Shown: positions 18,557-26,138 of the stretch, one piece after another
Position numbering within the stretch: the stretch's first letter is position 1
Layout of the letters: every line of letters begins with the position of its first letter
Origin: Clostridia bacterium
GTDB taxonomy: Bacteria > Bacillota > Clostridia > Christensenellales > Aristaeellaceae
Reading direction: 5' to 3'
Assembly: GCA_024404275.1 (NCBI GenBank)
Contig: JAKSQG010000001.1
Coordinates: 3,851-36,839 of the forward strand
DNA length: 32,989 bases
Translations under genes and position numbers: made by a program
The notes under the pieces: generated by a model
The model's input: the letters and a program-made list of their open reading frames with translations, nothing else
What the model was told of the DNA's origin: nothing
The model's database searches: none

Positions 18557-19933
18557 TTATTCCAGGGCATTGACCAATTGTTTAAAGATTCTGCCGCGCT
18601 GTTCATAATCGCTGAACTGATCAAAGGAAGCACACGCCGGGGATAAAAGCACATTTCCGCCGTTCACCGCCAGCTTTCTGCAGAGCTGCACGGTTTCGGG
18701 ATAATTTTCAGCGTGATAGAGCGCCGTGTATCCCGCCTTGACCAGTGAAGCCTCGATCTGCGGAGCGGTCGCGCCGCACAGCACGATCTTGTCAATCATA
18801 CCGCTCTTCATGATCTCCTCGGACAGCGCGTCGAAGGAAACATGCTTGTCCGATCCGCCGAGAATCAGCACCGTGGGCACGCGCATGGTCTGCACTGCCT
18901 TGATGGTGCTGTCCACATTGGTGCCCTTGCTGTCATTGTACCACTTGACGCCGTCCAGCTCACGCACAAACTCAATGCGATGCTCCACACCCTTGAAGGT
19001 CTTGAGCGCCATACGGATCACCGGTGCCGGTACGCCCGCGGCAAAAGCCATCATGGCCCCCGCCAGCGCGTTCTACAGGTTATGCGGTCCGGGGATATAG
19101 ATTTCTTCCGTTGCACAGATGAGGGTTTCCTCGCTCTTCCAGCGGATGAACATTTTTCCATCATGGACAAAAGCGCCGTTCTCCACTTCGTGCTTGGAAC
19201 TGAACCAGGCAACCTGGGAAGGAATCTTCTCCGCCATCGCGCGGCACCAGCTGTCCTCATAGTTGAGCACCGCCGTATCCTTTTCGGTCTGACGATCAAA
19301 AATGTGCTGCTTCACAGCGGCATAATTGTCCATCGTGTAATGACGGTTCAGATGGTCCTCCGTCACGTTCAGCACAGCCGCCACCGTGGGATGGAAGGTA
19401 TCCGTGGTTTCCAGCTGAAAGCTGGATACCTCCGCCACCAGCACATCCTCCGGCTTGCTCAGCATAGCCGCTGCCGACATCGGATAACCGATGTTGCCGG
19501 CCACATAAGCGATCTTGCCGAAGCCGCGGAAGATCTCCCCCAGCAGCGACACCGTGGTGGTCTTGCCGTTGGTGCCGGTCAGCGCCACCAGCGTTCCCTC
19601 CGCCAGCTGCGAAGCAACCTCGAGCTCGCCGGTCACGGAAATGCCCTTCGCCTTTGCCGCAAGTACAATGGGAGCATCAATGGCGATGCCGGGGCTGATG
19701 AGCAGCACATCGGTCTTGTCCAGCAGTTCTTCCGGCTTCTGACCGAGATACCATTCGCAGGGCAGGGCCTTGAGCGTACGGATGCTCTCCCCCAGCTGTT
19801 CTTCCGTCTTGCGGTCATTCAGCATGGGAACAGCGCCAAAGCGGCACAACAGTTCTGCCACAGCGACACCACTGCGCGCCATGCCGATGATCAGCACCCT
19901 TTTCCCTTGCCAATACTGTTTCAAATCGCTCAT
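18557..19933 (-). CDS. murD: UDP-N-acetylmuramoylalanine--D-glutamate ligase MurD containing one in-frame TAG (19073-19075)
   Basis: Track pieces 19073..19951 and 18557..19054 are in the same frame. Direct reading gives ...EEIYIPGPHNL-TAG-NALAGAMMAFAAGVPAPVIRMALKTFKGVEHRIEF... P-loop GTNGKTTT is present. Start ATG 19933 follows GGAGGATAAG. Read-through gives 458 codons. Stop TAA. Confidence 0.9.
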
Positions 19934-19947
19934 CTTATCCTCCGGAA

Positions 19948-20973
19948 TCAAAACCAGGCCAGCACGCTCAGCACGGCAATAACGCTGAGTACCAGCGTAA
20001 CCGCCGCGTACATCATCACAATCTGATTCTCATTCATGCCGCTCATCTCAAAGTGATGATGGATGGGCGTCATCTTGAAAATGCGCTTGCCATGGGTCAG
20101 CTTGTAGTAGGTTCTTTGCATGATGACAGAAACAGAGCTCATCACGCAGGTAAAGCAGATCAGCAGCAGCAGGAATTCCAACCGCAGCAGCACAGCAATG
20201 CCAACCATGACGCCGCCGATGAACATGCTGCCGGTATCGCCCATAAAAATCTTGGCAGGATGGCGGTTGAATTTGAGGAATCCCAGACACGCGCCCGTCA
20301 GTGCAAAAGCCACAGCGGCACTGCATTCACCCGCGTTGAGCAGGCTGCTTCCCGCGGATGCCATCAGCAAGCCCATTGCACCGAATGCAATCATGCCCAC
20401 CGCGGTCACGCTGGACAGAATGCCGTCAATGCCATCCTGCAGGTTGGCACTATTGGTCATGAACAGCACTGTCAAGGTAAGCAGCGGGATATAGAACACA
20501 CCCAGATTCCAGGTACTGTGGGTAAAGGGCAGAATGACCTCGCTGCCGAGCGTAAAATACGCCCAAACAGAGAACAACAGACCCACGATCAACTGACCCG
20601 CAATCTTTTGCTTCGGCTTCAGTCCCTCGTGATTCTTTTTGACATCCTTGATATAGTCATCGGTAAAGCCCACAGCCATGGAACCGATGGCCACAAACAG
20701 CAGCGCCCACAGGGTATTCTGCAGCGACCAGAAGGGTACCGCAGCACCTTTTTTACGCATGAGGCACACCACCAGTACGGTAATCATCACCGTGACAGGG
20801 CCTGTGACCACACCGCCCATGTTGGGCGTGCCCTTTTTGTTGAGGTGGCTCTGCGGTCCCAGTTCGTACATGGTCTGGCCGAATTTGAGGGCACGCAGTT
20901 TTTTGATACACACCGGCATCAGAAGCATCATCAGCGCAAAGCTCATTACCACGGCTTCAGCGGCATACAACAT
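19948..20973 (-). CDS. mraY: Phospho-N-acetylmuramoyl-pentapeptide transferase MraY
   Basis: 341 aa polytopic membrane protein with motifs GTPNMGG, DDYIKD, NLQDGIDG and PIHHHFE. RBS AAGGAG. Stop TGA. Confidence 0.93.
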   Translation of the reverse strand: MLYAAEAVVMSFALMMLLMPVCIKKLRALKFGQTMYELGPQSHLNKKGTPNMGGVVTGPVTVMITVLVVCLMRKKGAAVPFWSLQNTLWALLFVAIGSMAVGFTDDYIKDVKKNHEGLKPKQKIAGQLIVGLLFSVWAYFTLGSEVILPFTHSTWNLGVFYIPLLTLTVLFMTNSANLQDGIDGILSSVTAVGMIAFGAMGLLMASAGSSLLNAGECSAAVAFALTGACLGFLKFNRHPAKIFMGDTGSMFIGGVMVGIAVLLRLEFLLLLICFTCVMSSVSVIMQRTYYKLTHGKRIFKMTPIHHHFEMSGMNENQIVMMYAAVTLVLSVIAVLSVLAWF

Positions 20974-20985
20974 AACAGCAGCTCC

Positions 20986-22440
20986 TTATTGCTTGATTTC
21001 CTGCAAAAGTTCTTTTACGATCTGCTTTTCGTCAAAGGGATATTTCTTTCCACAGATCTCCTGATAGGTTTCGTGTCCTTTGCCCGCCAGAATGACGATA
21101 TCATTGGGCTGCGCGGTTTCCAGCGCGTGACGTATGGCGGCACGGCGGTTTTCAATCACCGTATATGGCCCCGTCGTCTGCTTGATTCCCTCTTCAATGC
21201 TCTGAAGAATCGCAAAGGGATCCTCACTGCGGGGATTGTCGCTGGTCAGCACACAGTAATCGGCCATTCTGCCGCCGATTTCGCCCATGATGGGGCGTTT
21301 ACCATGGTCGCGGTCACCGCCGCAGCCAAACACAGCAATGACCCGTCCTTTTGCAAACTGACGGACCGCTTTCAGGATATTTTCCAGCGCATCGGGAGAA
21401 TGTGAATAATCAAGCAGCACCTTGTAGGGAGTATCGGTGTCCAGCATCTACGCGCGTCCGGGAACTGCCCTGACCGCCTCCAGACCCGCGGCAATGGCTT
21501 CCAACCCGACGCCAAGTGCGGCCGCGGCCGAAGCCGCGGTCAGCGCGTTATACACATTAAAAATGCCGGTCATGTGCATATGCACATCACACTCACCAAG
21601 CTCGCCCATATGCAAGCAGAAGGCTACACCCTGCTCACTGATCTCAATATCACGCGCATAGCAATCCGCATTTGCGCGGATACCGAAAGTATGATAGGGC
21701 AGCACCGTATCACGGAGAATCTGCGCCGTGGTCTCCTCATCGGCATTCAGCACAGCATTGCGTGCATAAAAAGGCGTGAAGAAGATCTTCTTCGCCTCAA
21801 AATACTGCTCCATGGAACCGAAATAATCCAGATGATCCTGCGACAGATTGGTATAGCAGGCTACATCATACACCACGCCGTCCACACGGTGCATGGCAGT
21901 GGCATGAGCGGAAACCTCCATCACAACAGCATCCACCTGCTCATCCGCCATGCGGCGCAACAGGGACTGCAGCTCATCCGCCTCGGGCGTTGTCATATTG
22001 CCATGAATGGGACGATCGCCGATCATGTTGCCCGTCGTACCGATCAGGCCGCACTTCATACCGGCATGTTCCAGAATGGATTTGATCAGATAACTGGTCG
22101 TCGTTTTGCCCTTGGTGCCGGTGATGCCGACCATTTTCATACTGCGGGACGGATGACCGTACAACGCGGCACAGATGGGACCAAAGGCTTCACGCATATT
22201 TTTTACGCGGATCTGCGGCACATCGAGCGGCAGAAAGCGTTCCACTGCCAACGCCACAGCGCCGTTGGTCACTGCCTGCGCAGCAAAATCATGCGCATCA
22301 AAACGAGCGCCGGAGATACAGCAGAACAAGCCGTTTTCATTCTTCACACGGCTGTCCATCACCGGCAGTTTTACATCGGTATCGCCCTTCCGTTCCAGAA
22401 TCAGGGAACCGCATTCCTTTTCCAGATCGCTGAGTTTCAT
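20986..22440 (-). CDS. murE: UDP-N-acetylmuramoyl-tripeptide synthetase MurE containing one in-frame TAG (21448-21450)
   Basis: Track pieces 21448..22440 and 20986..21447 abut in the same frame: ...LEAVRAVPGRA-TAG-MLDTDTPYKVLLDYSHSPDALENIL... P-loop GITGTKGKTTT is present. Read-through gives 484 codons. Stop TAA. Confidence 0.92.
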
Positions 22441-22474
22441 GTCGGACCTCTTTCCGTCTGTTTGCGCACAAGCA

Positions 22475-22510
22475 GGCTGATGAATCTGCCTTATCTCGTG
22501 TTCATCAGCC
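22475..22510 (-). other. Stem-loop in the murE leader
   Basis: GGCTGATGAA (22475-22484) / TTCATCAGCC (22501-22510), a 10-bp perfect stem with a 16-nt loop, about 35 nt upstream of the murE ATG. Confidence 0.4.
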
Positions 22511-22521
22511 GCTTGATTCAG

Positions 22522-22556
22522 AAAAAAACAGCCGACCGGTGCCTTGCAGGCACCGG
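22522..22556 (-). terminator. Intrinsic terminator after the ftsL-like gene
   Basis: CCGGTGCC/GGCACCGG (22536-22556) followed on the minus strand by TCGGCTGTTTTTTT. Confidence 0.7.
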
Positions 22557-22571
22557 AAGGCGCATCAATGA

Positions 22572-23069
22572 TTACTTTGAAGCCTGCATGCTGGCGCCGT
22601 TCAGTGTGGTGCCGGGCCGTGTCGCAGGAGCATAGATATAATTGACTTCCATGGCATCCGCCTTGGTCATACCAAGATTCACAGCAAGCTTATCGATCAC
22701 ATTTTCCGCCGTTGCGTCGGCAATCTGCTGCTTCATGCCGTTGATCTGCCTCTACGCCGATTCTACCTCGGCATACAATGTACGGCCATCCTGAAGCAGA
22801 TGACCCTTTTTTTGCACCGCCCCGGCATAGAACATCAGCATTACCACTGCCAGCAGTCCTGCCGCAATCAAAAGCAGACGCAGCGGAACACGCCGTGCCT
22901 CGGCGGGACGGTTGGGCGCGACATAGGTGCTGCGCTCATCCATATCGCAGCACACATCGCCGCCCGGCATATAGACGTTTGAGCGTATGGTCATTTTTCT
23001 GCGGTCGGCGTTCCAGTAGCCTGCCTTTGTGTATGTATGCGTGCTGCCGGCCAGAGACATATGAATCAT
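22572..23069 (-). CDS. ftsL: FtsL/DivIC-like septum formation protein containing one in-frame TAG (22752-22754)
   Basis: Track ORF 22752..23069 ends at TAG. The same frame continues for 59 codons to TAA 22572-22574: ...TLYAEVESA-TAG-RQINGMKQQIADATAENVIDKLAVNLGMTKADAMEVNYIYAP... One TM helix (LRLLLIAAGLLAVVMLMFYAG), a coiled coil and the ...LGM... tail typical of FtsL. Start could be ATG 23069 or 23060. Confidence 0.7.
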
Positions 23070-23084
23070 ACCCTTTCTTTATTA

Positions 23085-23603
23085 TTATCTGGCGGCGATC
23101 TCCGCCTCAAAACTCAAAATATCGGGAGTTTCTTCCAGGATCTTTTCTTCTTCAAGGTCGGCTTCTTCCTGCTTCTTGATGCAGATATGAGAGCCGCAGC
23201 CCGATACATCAACGTCCCGGGCATCCTGCAAAAAGCGGGTGCGCAGTTTCTGCGGCAGCAGGATACGTCCCTGACCGTCGCACTCACAATCCTCGTAGGT
23301 ATACTTTGTAAAAAGATTGATGATTTTGATCATCCGCATATCCTTCTCCGCCAGCTCCAGCAGAGAGCAGTAGTACAGCTCCCATTCGCGGCGGGGATAT
23401 ACGGCAATGGCCTTGAAATCAGGCGTCATGCAGATGCAGAAGGAATCTCCCAAAGCATTTCTGAAAGGCGCGGGAACAATTAATCTTCCCTTTGCATCCA
23501 ATCCGTGCTGGTAGTCGCCGCGGAAGCCGCCACGCAGCAGATGGGCGTATTTCTGCAGAAGAGCATTCTGCCGCTCGCCCAGCTGTTCCAGCTTTTCGCT
23601 CAC
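23085..23603 (-). CDS. mraZ: Transcriptional regulator MraZ (with ~30-aa N-terminal extension)
   Basis: GDYQHGLDAKGRLIVPAPFR and the second half-repeat CDGQGRILLPQKLR. The nearest start upstream of the first motif is GTG 23603 after AAAGGTGGTGG (alternative GTG 23636). Ends with a triple TAA. Confidence 0.8.
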   Translation of the reverse strand: MSEKLEQLGERQNALLQKYAHLLRGGFRGDYQHGLDAKGRLIVPAPFRNALGDSFCICMTPDFKAIAVYPRREWELYYCSLLELAEKDMRMIKIINLFTKYTYEDCECDGQGRILLPQKLRTRFLQDARDVDVSGCGSHICIKKQEEADLEEEKILEETPDILSFEAEIAAR

Positions 23604-23664
23604 ACGCCCACCACCTTTCCGGTTTAAATCCACCACTTGGCTCTACTTTTTGGGATTTGCAACC

Positions 23665-23693
23665 ATTATAACCCACCAAAATCGGGAACGCAA
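23665..23693 (-). promoter_or_regulatory. Putative sigma-A promoter of the dcw cluster (P-mraZ)
   Basis: Minus strand: TTGCGT (23693-23688), 17-nt spacer, TATAAT (23670-23665). Confidence 0.5.
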
Positions 23694-23985
23694 CTTTTCA
23701 GTTATTACGATTTTTTAATATTTTGCATCTTGTGCGAAAATTTGTTCGCTTATTTGAAAATGTCTTTTTTACAATCTGTCTTTTAACAAAATCCTGCGTT
23801 TTATAAATTCGTCATTTTAACCATATTTTTGCTTTCGGTTTTGGGCATTATTGCCTTCTAACTGTTACAAAAACTTAATATATTGTTTTTTACAACTTTT
23901 GGGACGAGTTTTTCCCTGATTCATGGCTGTTTTCTGCGATTTTGTACCGCAATCTCCACATTCTGCGTTTTCCACTCCACCGACA

Positions 23986-24014
23986 CAAAAAAAGAGCGGC
24001 CTTTCGGCCGCTCT
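23986..24014 (-). terminator. Intrinsic terminator after the metallophosphoesterase gene
   Basis: AGAGCGGCC/GGCCGCTCT, a 9-bp stem with a 4-nt loop, followed on the minus strand by TTTTTTTG. Confidence 0.8.
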
Positions 24015-24040
24015 TTGCCACTATTTCATATTTTTGAAGT

Positions 24041-24760
24041 TCAAATCTGGTTCTGTTCCCCACTTTCGGGTTCATCGATTCTCTTCAGCCTGAATCCAAG
24101 GGCGTCGCAAGACACCAGATGATAGCGAACCCCGCCTTGCACGCCGCTGAAGCCCGTGCGGATGGACGCGCCATGAAGGTGTCCATACACGCAATCGCGC
24201 ACACCATAACTGCTCAGCAGTTCGGAGACCTCTGTCGCTTCTCCATTTTCCGCCACCGGCGGATAATGAGTCATGGCTACCAGCGGTGCATCGGCATCCA
24301 GCGATCTGGCTTTGTCCAGCGACATTTTGAGCCGCATCAGTTCGCGCCGGTAGAGCCGCACATTTTCGACGTCCTTCTCACTGGACGGAAGCGTCCAGCC
24401 GCGGGAGCCGCAGAACAGCACGCCATTCAGTCTGACAGCGTCATTCTGTACCACGACCATCCCCGGTCCGACAATCTACCGTACCCTTGTCAGCGAACTC
24501 CACCAGTAGTCATGGTTGCCGCGAAGCATCACTTTCGTGCCGGGCAGCTCTGCAATCTCTTCCAGATCGTTCCGGGCATGCTCAAGCTGCATCGCCCAGC
24601 TGATATCGCCGGGAATCAGCACAACATCTTCTCCGGTCACTCGTTCGCGCCAGTCTGTGCGGATCTTGTCCCAGTGCCCTTCCCAGTGGGAACCGAACAC
24701 ATCCATCGGTTTATCGTCTCCCCCGGGGAGATGCAAGTCGCCAATGGCATAGATACTCAT
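24041..24760 (-). CDS. Metallophosphoesterase (calcineurin-like) containing one in-frame TAG (24476-24478)
   Basis: Track pieces 24476..24760 and 24041..24460 are in the same frame: ...GNHDYWWSSLTRVR-TAG-IVGPGMVVVQNDAVRLNGVLFCGSRGW... Motifs GDLHL, GDISW, GNHDYW and GHLH span both pieces. Read-through gives 239 codons. Stop TGA. Confidence 0.85.
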
Positions 24761-25188
24761 TTTATTCTTTTTCCGTTCATCTGGTCATAATCATCGTCTT
24801 CGTCACTGTCAAAGGCGTCCATGTCCTCGCCGTCCTCTTCCTCACCCATGGCTTCCAAAGACATTTCACCATTCTCTTCCTCATCGGAATCGGGAATGAT
24901 CTCGTCCATGGTGCTGATGGGATCGATGCTGATGGCATCCTCTTCGGAAACCGGCACATTCTCATCTCCGTTTTCCGCTGACTTTTCGTTATTGCGGTCG
25001 TCCATTTCCTTGAAGCAGAACAGGCAAACGTCCTTGCCGGGCATCACAGGATGCTCACCGCAGGCGGAGCACATCTCCAGCTCCTCACGGATGCCTTCGC
25101 CCTTCATTTCCATGCGGCAGATTTTGCAGTATTTTCCCCCGTCCAGAATATAATTCAGTTCGCAGCGGGGACATTTGGTCAGTGCCAT
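24757..25188 (-). CDS. Double zinc-ribbon protein with polyacidic C-terminal tail
   Basis: 143 aa with CPRC...CKIC and CSAC...CLFC pairs, then a D/E-rich tail. RBS GGAGGA. Its TGA overlaps the ATG of the downstream phosphoesterase (ATGA). Confidence 0.65.
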   Translation of the reverse strand: MALTKCPRCELNYILDGGKYCKICRMEMKGEGIREELEMCSACGEHPVMPGKDVCLFCFKEMDDRNNEKSAENGDENVPVSEEDAISIDPISTMDEIIPDSDEEENGEMSLEAMGEEEDGEDMDAFDSDEDDDYDQMNGKRIK

Positions 25189-25346
25189 ATTGGTTTATCC
25201 TCCAGATCGTTGCATTATTCCTTCGCGGATCCGGCATCCGCGTTATTTGTTCTTTTCTGTTTCGCCTTCGGCGTACAGCATGCGGATTATACTACTGTTT
25301 ATCATCATACGCAAGCCCTATCTGTCAAAAACAGCCTGTTTTTTGC

Positions 25347-25372
25347 AAAAAAGACGCGCATTTCTGCGCGTC
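25347..25372 (-). terminator. Intrinsic terminator after the esterase gene
   Basis: GACGCGCA/TGCGCGTC stem with a 4-nt loop, followed on the minus strand by TTTTTTGC. Confidence 0.75.
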
Positions 25373-25423
25373 CTGCTGTCAGTTGTTTTTCAAAAAGGCA
25401 ATGATACGCTCTGCGATCGCTTC

Positions 25424-26125
25424 TCAGGCACCCGTATGCACGGTACAGGCATGCGGATAATCCTGCAATTCCATGTATTCTGCCTTCACCTGCTTGGCGC
25501 CGTTCATGATGATGCCGGCACTCTCCTGACGAATGGTACGATCCCCTGTGCTCTGTATCACCAGCAGCGGACAGCAGATCTTTTTCAGTCCGGAACGCGC
25601 CATCATCATCAGATGATGCAGGTCGCCCGAACTCTTGGTGGGAAAAGTCCGATAGCCCATGGCATAATCCTTCATCAGGGTAGGGGCTGCGGGACCATGC
25701 GACCTGAAAGAGACCGTCGGTTTGATAATCGCCAGTACCTTGGCTACGCTCATCCCCGGTGTATGCACTTTCATCGGTGCGGAGATGGCCACGCAGCTGT
25801 CCGCCCCCATGCGCTCTGCCGCCAGCAGGGACAATACGCCGCCCATGGAAAGGCCGGCTGCCGTCACGGTAGCGTATTCCTTTTTCAGCTTCTCCATGGC
25901 TTCTTTTTCCTGCCGCAGCCAGTCCCGCCAATTGGCCTTGAGCATATCCTCCATCACGGTGCCATGACCCTTGAGACGAATGCCCATCACTGTATATCCT
26001 GCCTCATTGAGCAGGCGTGCCAGCGGAAGCACGGAAGCCGGCGTGGAAGTGAAGCCATGCGTCAGCAGAATGGCATGATCGCCGCCCGGCAGAAAGAACG
26101 GCTGCGTCAGTTCTTCATTTTTCAT
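25424..26125 (-). CDS. Alpha/beta-hydrolase carboxylesterase (Est-like); possibly extends to 25379 through an in-frame TGA
   Basis: HGFTSTP, nucleophile elbow GLSMGG and a C-terminal catalytic His region YPHACT. Start ATG 26125 (MKNEELTQPFFLPGG). Ends at TGA 25424-25426, but the same frame continues as EAIAERIIAFLKNN to TGA 25379-25381. Confidence 0.8.
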   Translation of the reverse strand: MKNEELTQPFFLPGGDHAILLTHGFTSTPASVLPLARLLNEAGYTVMGIRLKGHGTVMEDMLKANWRDWLRQEKEAMEKLKKEYATVTAAGLSMGGVLSLLAAERMGADSCVAISAPMKVHTPGMSVAKVLAIIKPTVSFRSHGPAAPTLMKDYAMGYRTFPTKSSGDLHHLMMMARSGLKKICCPLLVIQSTGDRTIRQESAGIIMNGAKQVKAEYMELQDYPHACTVHTGA

Positions 26126-26138
26126 GTGGTTTTTCCTC

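Noticed and set aside
18842-22635. Three long + strand ORFs (18842..20026, 20053..21405, 21574..22635)
   Set aside because: Shadow ORFs opposite murD, mraY and murE. They are H/R/Q/G-rich with no motifs. The same reasoning applies to 3335..4345, 5363..6418, 12589..13446, 25175..26227, 26953..27855 and 29349..30314.
23940-23985. DnaA-box-like sequences (ATCTCCACA, TTTTCCACT) suggesting an origin
   Set aside because: These are only 7 of 9 matches. No dnaA/dnaN context or cluster of boxes is present. The region is better explained as the dcw promoter region.
8826-24760. Pyrrolysine as the explanation for the in-frame TAGs
   Set aside because: No pyl genes or methylamine methyltransferases are in the window. 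The affected positions are ordinary acidic or polar positions in housekeeping proteins, not Pyl-type active sites. This cannot be fully excluded without the whole genome.
8826-24760. Five independent pseudogenes or random G-to-T sequencing errors
   Set aside because: All five lesions are TAG, with none being TAA. No frameshifts accompany them, two hit essential genes, the downstream parts stay conserved and open, and TAG is never used as a terminator here. This is kept as the formal alternative to be tested with reads.
25379-25426. Selenocysteine at the in-frame TGA of the esterase
   Set aside because: No SECIS-like hairpin lies directly downstream; there is only the short palindrome GCGATCGC and a distant terminator. 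The position is not a redox or catalytic Cys site.
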